The notes under the pieces: model-generated
What the model was told of the DNA's origin: nothing
Databases searched by the model: none
Seen by the model: only the letters and a program-made list of their open reading frames with translations
Assembly (NCBI GenBank): GCA_036785375.1
Contig: JAWMAR010000562.1
Coordinates: 868,001-932,000 of the forward strand
Source of the DNA: Leucoraja ocellata
Taxonomy: Eukaryota
DNA length: 64,000 nt
Direction of reading: 5' to 3'
Program-made: the position numbers and the translations under genes
Part shown: piece by piece, positions 22,930-35,432 of the stretch
Layout of the letters: each line of letters starts with the position of its first letter
Numbering within the stretch: the first letter of the stretch is position 1

Positions 22930-23840
22930 ATTTGGATAGACTCGGCTTGTACTCGCTAGAATTTAGAAGATTGAGGGGGGATCTTATAGAAACTTACAAA
23001 ATTGTTAATGGGTTGGAAAGGTTAGATGCAGGAAGATTGTTCCCGATGTTGGGGAAGTCCAGAACAAGGGGTCACAGTTTAAGGATAAGGGGGAAATCTT
23101 TTAGGACTGAGATGAGAATTTTGTTTTTCACACAGAGAGTGGTGAATCTGTGGAATTCTCTACCACAGAAAGTAGTTGCGGCCAGTTCATTGGCTATATT
23201 TAAGAGGAAGTTAGATGTGGCCCTTGTGGCTAAAGGGATCAGGGGGTATGGAGAGAAGGCATGTACAGGATATTGGGTTGGATGATCAGCCATGATCATA
23301 TTGAAGTGCCGAATGACCTACTCCTGCACCTATTTTCTATGTTTCTATGTTTCTATTTAATTCTGCACAAAATGAATTAAGAGAAGAGGGAGTTACTGAG
23401 TTGTACTTAACCTGACCATTTGCTTGAAGTTATTTCTAGATTGACATAAGCTTATTAACACTTAATATGTTGCTTCTGAACTCTTCTCCACCCTATTATT
23501 GCACGAGAGGAGTAGATTGGGTAGACGCACAGTCTCTTGCCCAGAGTAGGGGAATCAAGAACCAGAGGACATAAGTTTAAGATGAGGGTGGTAAAGATAT
23601 TATAGGAACCTGAGGGGTAACATTTTCACACAGAGTGTGGTGGGTGTATGGAACAAGCTACTGGAGGAGATAGTTGGGGCAGGGACTATTGCAACATTTA
23701 GGGAACATTTAGACAGATACTTAGGTCGGACAGGTTTAGAGGGATATGGGCCAAACACAGGCAGATGAGACATGTTGGTCAGTGTGGGTAAGTTGGGCAG
23801 AAGGGCCTGTTTCCATGCTGTATGACTCTCTGATTCTATG
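22930..23840 (+). mobile_element. Two CR1 3' fragments (~22930-23355 and ~23500-23840)
   Basis: LDRLGLYSLEFRRLRGDL with a (tttctatg)n tail. The second fragment has the SINE-shared tail 'gggcctgtttccatgctgtatgactct'. Confidence 0.88.
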
Positions 23841-24065
23841 AAAACAAAATCAAATTGAGCAGATGTTGAAAATCAGGAACAAATGTCTTAAAATTCTGGC
23901 AACGTCGGCAGCTATGGTGTCAGCTTCCAGCAGTTTCCTTTTGGAAAGTGAACTATTCAAATTTTAAAAACCATAATTACTTATTGACAGCACTGTGAGG
24001 TACAGAATGATGTATGATTCAAATGAAACAGTCCTTTATACAGTAAAGTCAATTTACTCAGAAAT

Positions 24066-24420
24066 CTGACTTGGTTTTCCAACACAGCGAGATGTCCAGA
24101 AGGGCATGTTACTGATAGTCCTGGTCCAGACTGCAGGAGTGTATGCTGAAGGATGCACGGAAGCTCGGTGCAGCTAATGAGAAACGAAGGCGACAGAGGG
24201 GAAAGATGGTTTTGGGGAAGACCACAGTCTCGGGTCCTTCCGCTGCTGGACATTGAGGGGCTGAGTCTGTGGGGATACCCCTCAACCAAATGAAGGGGCA
24301 TCACCCCAGGGGACCACATGAGTGGCTCAGGTGCTTGGGCCAGCACTGCCGAGTGTGACACTAACACTATTGAATGTAGAGAAACTAAGAATGTACTGAG
24401 AGATTTTGTTCTGTGTAGAA
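24066..24420 (+). mobile_element. Tx1/L1-clade LINE 3' fragment
   Basis: Frameshifted LVFQHSEMS..SRLQECMLKDARKLGAAN..GKTTV, which resembles the Tx1 ORF2 C-terminus (recognised from memory). Confidence 0.55.
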
Positions 24421-24893
24421 GATAAGACACTGGAGTAACTCAGTAGGACAGGCGGCATCTCTGAAGAGAAGGAATGGGTGAGGTTTTGGGTCGAGACCCT
24501 TCTTCAGTTGAATAAGAAGACCTTGAACGTCACCCATTCCTTCTCGCCAGAGACGCTGCCTGTCCCGCTGAGTTACTCCAGCATTTTGTGTCCATCTTTT
24601 TTTACACGGAGAGTGGTGAATCTGTGGAATTCTGAACTTCAGAAGGTAGTTGAGGCCAGTTCATTGGCTATATTTAAGAGGGAGTTAGATGTGGCCCTTG
24701 TGGCTAAAGGGATCAGGGGGTATGGAGAGAAGGCACGTACAGGATACTGAGTTGGATGATCAGCCATGATCATATTGAATGTCGGTGCAGGCTCGAGGGG
24801 CCGAATGGCCTACTCCTGCACCTATGCTCTATGTTTCTATGTCTATGTTTCTATCTTCACGGTAAACCAGCATCTGCAGTTCCATCCTACACA
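24421..24893. mobile_element. Inverted Penelope terminal-repeat pair with a CR1 3' fragment (~24597-24850) inserted in the right arm
   Basis: Minus arm 24421-24507 and plus arm 24526-24596. The plus arm resumes at 'tatcttcacggtaaaccagcatctgcagttcc' after the CR1 tail. Confidence 0.75.
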
Positions 24894-25361
24894 TATTGCT
24901 TTGCATATTTTTCATCATGAAAAAAGGTTTATTTTTGTAATTAAAAAAAAGAAACTGCAGAAAACGTTGTCAATAAAAGCAGGAAAGCGTCTGTAGAAAG
25001 ATGCAATCAGTGATGGAGGATTGCATACCAACTATGTGCATTAAAGCAATCAGAGTCATTCACAGCAATGTGGGGAACAGCCTTGATTCACCGGTGAACT
25101 ACCCAATAATCTCCACTCCGATTTGCTGCATTGTCACTATAAACAGCTCTCAAAACTAATAGCTAATTATTTCACCTACTTAAAGAAGAGAGAGAAACAC
25201 TTCAACAGGTCTTCATTGATTCCATTTATTTCCAGAGTAATGTCTGCAATGTTTACTATCCATACTGCAATGAAACAAACACAGTGCTGTTGCTAAATGA
25301 CAGGCAGGGAAGAAATGAGTGCAGCAAGGTTTGCATGCTTGGAGGCAACTGTGAAGAGCTG

Positions 25362-25561
25362 NNNNNNNNNNNNNNNNNNNNNNNNNNNNNNNNNNNNNNN
25401 NNNNNNNNNNNNNNNNNNNNNNNNNNNNNNNNNNNNNNNNNNNNNNNNNNNNNNNNNNNNNNNNNNNNNNNNNNNNNNNNNNNNNNNNNNNNNNNNNNNN
25501 NNNNNNNNNNNNNNNNNNNNNNNNNNNNNNNNNNNNNNNNNNNNNNNNNNNNNNNNNNNNN
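25362..25561. other. Assembly gap (200 N)
   Basis: Run of N. Confidence 1.
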
Positions 25562-25979
25562 CACAGTGATGGAAATGGGGGGGGGGGGGGGGGGGGGGGG
25601 TGGGAGTGAGTACGCAGGAAGAATGGCGTTCCCCTATTTTTTAATTTCCAGCTCGGGTTTAATGAGTACTGCAGAAAGATTCGAGTCGTTTATCACTTTA
25701 TTCAACTAAGACGAAAACGATTTGTTAACTGCCACTGTTAGCACTTGGTAACAGCCAGTAGTTAACAGGTAGTAATACAATGTGTCATCAATACATCGAT
25801 ACACATTCCTCAGTAAATGTAATTGTGTTTTTACCATGTATTAATGACACTGCGTTCCTTTGAATAAAATTCAAGGGAGAATATCTTAAACTCACTTTCA
25901 GGGCTACCGGACCACGAGCACAGGCTCAGGTAAAGACGTTATTTTATTATTCCACGTTATTTTATTTGACTCCTTGGTT

Positions 25980-26127
25980 CTCTGCCTCCCTGCCTTCCTG
26001 CCTCTGCCTCCGTGCCTCTCTGCCGCTCTTCGCTCTCTGCCGCTCTCTGCCGCTCCCTGCTATGCCCGCTCTCCCCGCTCTCCCTACTCTGCCCGCTCTC
26101 CCCGCTCTCCCCGTTCTGCCCGCTCTC
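25980..26127 (+). repeat. Pyrimidine-rich tandem repeat, ~9-bp unit (ctctgccgc/ctctccccg)
   Basis: Direct inspection. It produces the spurious LPA/RAG/PRS repeat ORFs. Confidence 0.85.
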
Positions 26128-26685
26128 GAAAACTCAATGATGTATTTTGGGAGGTATTTTGGAGAAAGGAGATGCATAAAATGTGCACATTTAAAAAATC
26201 AGGGTTCAGATATACAAACCTTCAAAAGCAAATTATATGCTACATTTTTAAATGGGGAATAATGCTTAAGAAGCTAATGGAAAACTTGTATAAATTATTG
26301 GTTGTGCCATAGTTAGAATATTGTGTTCATTTTTTCCTGGAACGATATGTCCTTCAGCTAACAAAAATAATGAATAATTAGTCTGAGTTTGTCAATTAGT
26401 TAATGGTGCATTAACGCTTGGCTAGCAGTCAACATTGAACGGTATTCGATATACAGGTTAAGAGGGAGAAGGGCAAGTCAGAAAACAAGGCTCTAAATAT
26501 AAGTAAACTTTGGGAAAGTGAGGCAGAAGAGTAGACTATGCTGAGCATTGATGAACAATGTGCAAAGTTCCAAGATCTTCTTGGTAATAGACCTGTACAT
26601 TTTGAATTGAATTGAAATTATTTGTCATTCAAAAATGAATAAAAATAAATGAATGTTATCCCTAACAACTAAGTTCAGGTAGACA

Positions 26686-27170
26686 GTAACATGGATAAGG
26701 GAGAGCCAGTGGATGTAGTGTACCTGGACTTTCAGAAAGCCTTTGATAAGGTCCCACATACGAAATTAGTGGGCAAAATCAGAGCACATGGTATTGGGGG
26801 TAGGGTATTGACATGGATGGAAAATTGGTTGGCAGACAGGAAACAAAGAGTAGGAATTAACGGTTCCCTTTCAGAATGGCAGGCAGTGACTAGTGGGGTG
26901 CCTCAAGGCTCGGTGCTGGGACTGCAGCTATTCACAATATATATATATTAATGATTTAGATGAAGGACTTAAAAGCAACATTAGCAAATTTGCGGATGAC
27001 ACAAACCTGGATGGCAGTGTGAACTGTGAAGAGGATGCTATGAGGATGTAGGGTGACTTTGATAGGTTGGGTGAGTGGGAAGATCCATGGCAGATGCAGT
27101 ATAATGTGGATAAATGCGAGGTTATCCCATTAGTGGCAAGAACAAGAGGCAGAATATCATATGAATGGCA
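26686..27170 (+). mobile_element. CR1 RT-domain fragment
   Basis: YLDFQKAFDKVPH..GVPQGSVLG..FADD, with a frameshift and a stop. Confidence 0.9.
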
Positions 27171-28900
27171 GGTAAACACAAAATGCTGGAGTAACTCAGC
27201 GGGTCAGGCAGCATCACTGGAGCAAAGGAATGGGTGACGCTTTGGGTCGAGACCGTTCTTCTGTATGGTGTCAGATAAAACCAGAAAATGGTGGAAATAC
27301 AGTTAGCGTCTGTGGAGAAAGAAACAGAGTTTAACATTTTTGGTCGATGGCCCTTCATCAGAGCTGGTAAAAATAGAAACCCGCATTGTTAAGGGAGGGA
27401 TGGATATTTACGAAGGAATGGAAATGTTAATAATTACTGTAGGTGGAAACCAAGTGTAACTTAAGACACACATGGTGTTGCTGGCAGTGAGAGAGTGGGG
27501 AAAGCCTGTTAATTGCAACTGAGCAGTCTGGAGGAGATGTAGATAGGGATCTTAAAGTTATGGGGATATGGGGAGAAGGCAGGAACGGGGTACTGGTTGT
27601 GGATGATCAGCCATGATCACATTGAATGGCGGTGCTGGCTCGAAGGGTCGAATGGCCGACTCCTGCCATTGTCTATTGTCTAAATCGACAGAGATGAATG
27701 AGTATGGAGGAGAGACAAAAAAAGTACATGGATTATGTGATAAAATGTGTGCATTTGCTGCAGTCTGATATGAAGGAATGGTGGAATTCTCAAGCTTTGA
27801 AAATAGAAAAAATTGAATTTACATTGCATGTCAGTGGCCTTTCATTAGCCCTCTTTTGTCTTCTGGATCAGAAGTGGCCAGTTCCCTCACAAACAGGAAT
27901 GGCTGGCTATCTGAAATGGAAGAGTCCTGAGGACAGTATTATATTTCACCAGACCATAACAATGTGTCAATTGAGCTGGCGTTAGACTTCATTGGCAGAG
28001 TGCAGGAGGTCAAAGGCTTTATGACATTTCCTTTTTCATAACTATCAAAACAATTCCACAGTCAAATGACACATAGGATCTGGTTCAGAAATGTAAAAAG
28101 AAACCAATATTATATAAACACAATCATTAATAACACACCAGTTTACAAAAGATTAATATGAATTGCTCTTGTCCATCATTATAACAGTTAGGACACTTAG
28201 CTCATTTGTTTTAAACAGGAAAACTAATGTTATTAATTTAATGGACAAAGTAATTAGGCTCATCCATATTAACATTTAGCATTCAGAGGTTTACATTTTT
28301 TCAATGCCCTTTGGGTTTTTTGCACAGTTAGGTTTGCAATCCAGTAGAAAACTATTCACTGGTAAATTAAAAGCAAATTGCAACAAAGCTATCAAACACT
28401 TTCCACTCTCAAGGTGGCAGTACCTCTTGCATCGTAATAGTTATCTTGTGTAAGCTAATTAGAAAATAGCAAGAATACAAGGGGGGTATTAAGGGAGGCT
28501 CACTGATTTTCATGTGCACTGTGTTTTACTTTCCAGACCGTTGTCAGAGTTTCAACACTTAGAAACATAGAAACATAGAAACATAGAAAGTAGGTGCGAG
28601 AGTAGACCACCAGGTCCGTCGAGCCCGCACCGCCATTCGCTCATGGCTGAACACTAAACAGACACACTTACCCACAAACAGTAGACACAAGACACAGAAC
28701 ACAAGACACTACCCTCCCCTTTATACCGCTATCACCCCTCTCCACCCCAAGAACCTCGTGATCTCCTGGGGGAGGCAAAAAAACGGATAAAAACCCAGGT
28801 CCAATTCGGGAAAAAAAAATGGGAAATTCCTCTCCGACCCCAATCCAGGCGATCGACACTTGTCCAGGAGATCACTCAGGTCTTACTATACTAACCATAC

Positions 28901-31792
28901 CTAGGTCCATATCCCTGCCCTCTCCCCGTAGCCCCTTATCCCCTTGGCAGCTAAAAAACCATCTATTTTAGTCTTAAATATATTTAAAGTTTCTGCTTCC
29001 ACTGCTCCCTGGGGCAGTGAATTCCATAAATTAACCACCCTCTGGGTGAAGAAGTTCTTCCTCATCTCAGTTTTAAAAGAGCCCCCCCTTATTCTGCAAC
29101 TATGTCCCTTAGTTCTAGTTTCCCCGATCATTGGGAACATCCTCGGTGCATCCACCCGATCAAGGCCCCTCACGATCTTATATGTTTCAATGAGATCGCC
29201 TCTCATTCTTCTAAACTCCAAAGAGTAGAGTTCCAGCCTACTTAACCTTTCCTCATATGTCAATCCCCTCATTGCAGGAATTAATCTTGTAAACCTTCGC
29301 TGCACTGCCTCCAGGGCTAGTACATCCTTTCTTAAGTATGGACCACAGAACTGTACACAGTATTCCAAATGTGGTCTCACTAATACTGTGTACAGCTGCA
29401 GCAAGACCTCCGTGTTTTTATACTCAATCCCCCTAGCAATAAAGGCCAAAACTCCATTGGCCTTCCTGATTGCTTGCTGCACCTGCATACTAACTTTCAG
29501 TGATTCATGTACTAACACCCCTAGATCCCTTTGCGTTGCATTACAATGCAGCTCCTCCTCATTTAGAAAATAACTTGCCCTATCATTTTTTTTCCCAAAG
29601 TGAATGACTTCACATTTATTAGTATTAAATTTCATCTGCCAAGTTGTTGCCCACTCACCTAGCTTATCTATATCCTTTTGCAGACTCTTCCTATCCTCCT
29701 CATCCCCTACTTTTCCTCCCATTTTTGTATCGTCCGCAAATTTTGATATATTACACTTGGTTCCCTCCTCCAAATCATTTATATAAATTGTGAACAACTG
29801 GGGTCCCAGCACCGACCCTTGCGGAACCCCGCTAGTTACCGGTTGCCATCCCGAGTATGAACCATTTATCCCCACTCTCTGCTTCCTATTTGTTAGCCAA
29901 TCCTCTACCCATGCTAATATATTACCCCCAATCCCATAATTTTTTATTTTTAGCAATAGTCTCTTATGTGGCACCTTGTCAAAAGCCTTTTGGAAGTCCA
30001 AGTATACCACATCCACCGGTTCCCCTTTATCCACCCGGGTTGTTACTTCCTCAAAGAATTCGAGCAGATTCGTTAAACAGGACTTCCCCTTCACAAAACC
30101 ATGCTGGTTCTGTCCGATGAAGTCATGTTTATCCAAGTGCCCCGTTAGTGTTTCTTTAATAATTGTCTCTAACATTTTACCCACCACCGATGTTAGACTA
30201 ACCGGTCTATAGTTACCCGCCTTCTGTTTACTTCCTTTTTTAAATATAGGTGTTACATTGGCCATTTTCCAATCCACTGGGACCGTTCCTGCCTCCAGGG
30301 AGTTTTGGAAAATTATCACCAATGCATCCACAATCCCCACCGCTATCTCCCTCAAGACCCTTGGATGTAATCCATCAGGCCCAGGGGATTTATCCTCCTT
30401 CAGTCTCATTAATTTCCCTAATACCACCTCCTTGGTGATCTTAATAGTATTTAGCTCCTCCATTCCTACCGCCCCCTGTTTATCCAGCGTTGGAATATTT
30501 TTTGTGTCTTCTATGGTGAAGACTGATACAAAATACTCGTTTAATGCCTTTGCCATTTCCATGTTCCCCACCAACAACTCTCCAGTCTCACCCTCCAATG
30601 GACCAACGTTCACCTTAGCCACCCTTTTTCTTTTTATATAGCTGTAAAAACTCTTACTATTAGTTTTTATGTTGTTCGCTAAATTCCTTTCATAGTCTAT
30701 TTTCCCCGTCTTAATTAATCTCTTAGTTATTTTTTGCTGACCTTTAAATGCTTCCCAATCCTCTACCCTCCCACTATCTCTGGCTACCTTATATGCCCTT
30801 GCCTTCAGCCGAATACTATCCTTTATAGTTTTACTGAGCCATGGCTGACTGTTCTTACCCTTACCCCTTTTTTTCTTCATAGGAATAAATTTTTCTTGAA
30901 GGTTATACAGTATACCCTTAAACGTACACCACTGCTCATGTACCGTCTTATTCTTGAGTCTGCTATCCCAGTCAACTTTGATCAGCTCAGTCCTCATACC
31001 TTCATAATCCCCCTTATTTAGACTAAGCACCCTAGCCTGAGTTTCAACCTGCTCCCCTTCTATTTGAATATGGAATTCGACCATATTGTGGTCACTTGTT
31101 CCCAACGAGTCCCTAACTATGACATTTTTAATTAATCCTGCTTCATTACACAGGACCAGATCCAAGATTGCCTCCCCCCTTGTCGGTTCTGTGACATACT
31201 GTTCTAGGAACCCGTCTCTAATACATTCTATAAACTCTTCCTCTAGTCTACCCTGCCCAGTTTGGCTTGCCCAATTAATATGAAAATTGAAGTCCCCCAT
31301 GATTACAGCAGTTCCCTTTTTACATGCGTCAACTATTTGCAGATTTATGTTCTGACTAACAGCATCACAGCTATTTGGAGGTCTATAAATTACACCCACT
31401 AGTGTTTTTTTCCCCTTATTATTCTCTATCTGTACCCAAGCTGTTTCACTATCCTGATCCTTCAACGCAATATCCTTCCTCTCTATTGCCGTTATTCCCT
31501 CCCTTATTAAAAGGGCCACCCCTCCTCCCTTTCTTTCCTGTCTATCTTTCCTAATTGTCGAGTACCCCTCTATATTTAACTCCCAGTCCTGATCCCCTTG
31601 CAGCCATGTCTCCGTAATGGCCACGATATCATAACTATATATACTTAATTGCACCGTTAATTCATTTATCTTATTACGAATACTCCGTGCATTTAGATAA
31701 AGCACTTTCAGATGATTTTTACTACCCTTCCTTTCCGTTTTTGCCCCTTTTACATCTAAAGCTTTATCTTCACACATTCTGTCTCCTGTCAC
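28901..31792 (-). CDS. CR1 ORF2: APE endonuclease plus reverse transcriptase, 963 aa, uninterrupted
   Basis: APE motifs LYLNARS, ITETW, GDFN, SDHN. RT motifs QHGF, YLDFQKAFD, GVPQGSVLGP, FADD. The true start codon is uncertain. Confidence 0.95.
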   Translation of the reverse strand: MTGDRMCEDKALDVKGAKTERKGSKNHLKVLYLNARSIRNKINELTVQLSIYSYDIVAITETWLQGDQDWELNIEGYSTIRKDRQERKGGGVALLIREGITAIERKDIALKDQDSETAWVQIENNKGKKTLVGVIYRPPNSCDAVSQNINLQIVDACKKGTAVIMGDFNFHINWASQTGQGRLEEEFIECIRDGFLEQYVTEPTRGEAILDLVLCNEAGLIKNVIVRDSLGTSDHNMVEFHIQIEGEQVETQARVLSLNKGDYEGMRTELIKVDWDSRLKNKTVHEQWCTFKGILYNLQEKFIPMKKKRGKGKNSQPWLSKTIKDSIRLKARAYKVARDSGRVEDWEAFKGQQKITKRLIKTGKIDYERNLANNIKTNSKSFYSYIKRKRVAKVNVGPLEGETGELLVGNMEMAKALNEYFVSVFTIEDTKNIPTLDKQGAVGMEELNTIKITKEVVLGKLMRLKEDKSPGPDGLHPRVLREIAVGIVDALVIIFQNSLEAGTVPVDWKMANVTPIFKKGSKQKAGNYRPVSLTSVVGKMLETIIKETLTGHLDKHDFIGQNQHGFVKGKSCLTNLLEFFEEVTTRVDKGEPVDVVYLDFQKAFDKVPHKRLLLKIKNYGIGGNILAWVEDWLTNRKQRVGINGSYSGWQPVTSGVPQGSVLGPQLFTIYINDLEEGTKCNISKFADDTKMGGKVGDEEDRKSLQKDIDKLGEWATTWQMKFNTNKCEVIHFGKKNDRASYFLNEEELHCNATQRDLGVLVHESLKVSMQVQQAIRKANGVLAFIARGIEYKNTEVLLQLYTVLVRPHLEYCVQFCGPYLRKDVLALEAVQRRFTRLIPAMRGLTYEERLSRLELYSLEFRRMRGDLIETYKIVRGLDRVDAPRMFPMIGETRTKGHSCRIRGGSFKTEMRKNFFTQRVVNLWNSLPQGAVEAETLNIFKTKIDGFLAAKGIRGYGERAGIWT

Positions 31793-31881
31793 ATTTTGAC
31801 TTTCCGCTTCCCCACTGATACCCTGCTCTATTTCCTCTACCCCTGCCGTTATTACCCCCCTTGATACCTCCCCCCCGCTAC

Positions 31882-32312
31882 TTAGTTTAAAGACCTCTCT
31901 ACTGCCCTAGTTATATGATTTGCCAGGACCCCAGTCCCAGCACCGTTCAGGTGAAGTCCGTCCTTACAGAACAGATCCCCCCTGTCCCAGTACTGGTGCC
32001 AGTGGCCCAAGAAACCAAACCCATTATTCCCACACCAGTCTTTGAGCCACGCATTTAGCTTTTTAATTTTATGTACCCTCGCCGATTTGGCCCGTGGCTC
32101 AGGTAGCAATCCGGAGATCAGTACCCTTGAGGTTCTGCTTTTTAATTTATTCCCTAACTGCTCAAACTCCTTCAGCAGATCCTCCTTCCTCGTCCTTCCT
32201 ATGTCATTGGTCCCCACATGGACCACGACCACTGGATCCTCCCCCTCCCTCTGCAAATTTCTCTCCAGCATCGCAGAAATATCCTTAACCCTAGCACCGG
32301 GTAGGCAACACA
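31882..32312 (-). CDS. CR1 ORF1 C-terminal SGNH/GDSL esterase domain (5'-truncated)
   Basis: CLPGARVKDI, VVHVGTND, DGLHLN. Confidence 0.9.
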
Positions 32313-32969
32313 GCCTACAATGTTACACAACACTTCCCCAATGTTAAGTGACACATGCAAGTGTTTGAATCTTCTATGGCCTGGCCAATTCTTATCTCCA
32401 CAAACGAGGAGAATATTTGCATTTACGGGTGCTGTCGGTATGGAGTTTATACGTTCACCCGTTTTCTCTAGGTGCTCCGCTTTTCTCCCACATTCCAAAG
32501 ACGTACAGGTTTGTAGGGTAGTTGAGGCCAGTTCATTGGCTATATTTAAGAGGAAGTTAGATGTGGCCCTTGTGGCTAAGGGGATCAGGTGGTATGGAGA
32601 GAAGGCAGGTACGGGATACTGAGTTGGATGATCAGCCATGATCATATTGAATGGCGGTGCAGGCTCGAAGGGCCGAATGGCCTACTCCTGCACCTAATTT
32701 CTATGTTTCTATGTTTCTAAGTTTGTGCAATGAGCTGCCGGAGGAAGTAGTTGAGGCAGGTATTATTGTAATGTTTAAAAAACATTTAGTCAGGTGCGTG
32801 GATAGGATAGGTTTGGAGGGATATGGACCAAACATAGGACTAGTGTTGATGGGGCATGTTGGTCGTTGTGGGCAGGTTGGGTCGAAGGGGCTGTTTCCTG
32901 TTTCTACATTGTATGACTCTATGACTGAGACCTGCCCTTCCCTGCCAGTCAATTAACAACCTACCAATG

Positions 32970-33258
32970 NNNNNNNNNNNNNNNNNNNNNNNNNNNNNNN
33001 NNNNNNNNNNNNNNNNNNNNNNNNNNNNNNNNNNNNNNNNNNNNNNNNNNNNNNNNNNNNNNNNNNNNNNNNNNNNNNNNNNNNNNNNNNNNNNNNNNNN
33101 NNNNNNNNNNNNNNNNNNNNNNNNNNNNNNNNNNNNNNNNNNNNNNNNNNNNNNNNNNNNNNNNNNNNNNNNNNNNNNNNNNNNNNNNNNNNNNNNNNNN
33201 NNNNNNNNNNNNNNNNNNNNNNNNNNNNNNNNNNNNNNNNNNNNNNNNNNNNNNNNNN
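32970..33258. other. Assembly gap (289 N)
   Basis: Run of N. Confidence 1.
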
Positions 33259-35246
33259 CCCTCATACCACTCTGCTGCTTTCCTTCTCCTTATCATTCTC
33301 TTTCTTTCCTACACCGCCCTCCAATCATAGCTTGTGGAAGAAGTAAAAAATTAGATGGAAAATCTTTCACCATTCCTGACTTCAGTACCCTATGAATTGG
33401 TAGCCATTTTCCCTACGAAATCTTTCAGCCAATTCTCTCTACTTATTTAACCTATGCCCATGTGCAGAGACCGAGGTAGTAATGCAGTGTTTAAAACCAT
33501 TGTGGTTGGCTATGTTAATGTAATCCTAAGTGCTTGTATTCACTTAGGAGGTTCTCTTTCCTAGCTAGAAATGTGTAGGAGGCCCGGGGAGCCATTGGAA
33601 CGAGAGGAGGAGTTACCTGGGCGGTGAGTTAAAAATCGAGTGCGGGGCTTGCCTTCACAGAGGCCGGGAAGCCGTTGGAGTGAGAGGAGGAGTTACCCAA
33701 ATCTGCAGCGTTTCATCTCACTTCCAGAGAAGGGGTCTGGTGGAAGCCTCTGATTGGTGGAAGAGGACCAGAGGAAGCAGCTGATTGGGTGCATCCCCAG
33801 GTTTGCATTTCTGATTTCAGGTTAAGGGTTCTGTGAGTTAAGGGTACCGTATTTATTAGTAAAGGTACAGTTTAAAGGATTAAGATTTTTATAGTGTGAG
33901 GGAGTTGATTTAATTTGGGAGTAAGCCATGTCAGTGGAGATTGGCCCCATGGTTTGCTCAGCCTGCAACATGTGGGAGATCAGGGATATGGTCGGTGTCC
34001 CTGGTGATTACGTTTGCAGGAAGTGTGTCCAGCTGCAGCTCCTGGCAGACCGCATTGAACGATTGGAGCTGCGGTTGGATTCATACTGGAGCTTCCACGA
34101 TGCTAAGAAAGTCGTGAATAGCACGTACAGTGAGTTGGTCACACCGCAGGTAAAAGGAAAGAGGACAGAAAGGGAACAGGTGGCCAATAGCCAGCAAAGC
34201 AGTAGGCAGGTAGTGCAGGAGTCTCCTGCGGTCATCTCCCTCCTAAACAGGTATACCATTTGGATACTGTTGGGGGAGATGGCTCATCAGGGGAAGGTAG
34301 CAGCAGCCAAGTTCATGGCACCATGGGTGGCTCTGCGGCACAGGAGGGGAGAAAAAAGAATGGAAGGGCAATAGTAATAGGGGATTCAATTGTAAGGGGA
34401 ATAGATAGGCGTTTCTGCGGCCGCAAACGAGACTCCCTGGTGCAAGGGTCAGGGATGTCACTGAACGGCTGCAGAACATTCTGGAGAGGGAGGGTGAACA
34501 GCCAGTTGGCGTGGTGCACATTGGCACCAATGATATAGGTCCTACAAGGTGAATTTAGGGAGCTAGGAGATAAACTTAAAAGTAGGACCTCAAAGGTAAT
34601 AATCTCTGGATTTCTACCAGTGCCACGGGCCAGTCAGAGTAGAAATAGGAGGATATTGCAGATGAATACGTGGCTTGAAAAATGGTGCAAGGGGGAGGGA
34701 TTCAAATTTCTAGGGCATTGGAACCAGTTCTGGGGGAGATGGGACCAGTATAAACAGGACGGTCTGCACCTGGACTGGAATGGAACCAATGTCCTTGGGG
34801 CAGTGTTTGCCAATGCTGTCGGGGAGGATTTAAACTAATGTGGCAGGGGGATGGGTGCAAGAGCAGAGAGGCAGAGGGGTGTAAAATGAAGGTAGAAGCA
34901 ATAGGTAGCAAGGTGAAAAGTAAAAGTGGCAGGCAGACAAATCCAGGGCAAAAATCAAAAAGGGCCACTTTTCAACATAATTGTATAAGGGGTAAGAGTG
35001 TTTTAAAAACAAGCCTGAGGCTTTGTATCTTAATGCAAGGAGCATTTGTAATAAGGTGGACGAGTTGAATGTGCAGATAGTTATTAATGAATATGATATA
35101 GTTGGGATCACGGAGACATGGCTCCAGGGTGACCAAGGTTGGGAGCTGAACATCCAGGGATATTCAATATTCAGGAGGGATAGACAGAAAGGAAAAGGAG
35201 GTGGGGTAGTGTTGCTGGTTAGAGAGGAGATGAACGCAATAGAAAG

Positions 35247-35432
35247 TGTGATGTATATGTAAATGCCTGTGCCCCTTTAATATAAAGGGCTTTGCCTCGT
35301 GATCGAGAGCAGGTGACCTTGGAGAAGTGTCCCTGGGTGGGGCAGAATAAATCAAACTTACAAGATGTCGGACGTGTTCTCCTTTTGCTTGTGCTAGTCA
35401 CAACAGGGCCTTACGTGGTCTCAAACATTACA
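35247..35432 (+). repeat. 5' LTR (186 bp)
   Basis: Two mismatches to the 3' LTR. Contains TATAAA and AATAAA. Confidence 0.95.

Larger units (their letters stand above)
28561..32312 (-). mobile_element. Young 5'-truncated CR1 LINE with intact ORF2 and extended 3'UTR
   Basis: (CTATGTTT)n tail at 28561-28589, intact ORF2 and an ORF1 esterase C-terminus. Possible TSD CAACACTT at 28553-28560 and 32328-32335, with about 15 nt of filler. Confidence 0.95.

Noticed and set aside
25962-26312. RAG/LPA/PRS repeat peptides
   Set aside because: Artefact of a 9-bp tandem repeat.
25256-33395. Poly-X ORFs
   Set aside because: They read through assembly gaps.
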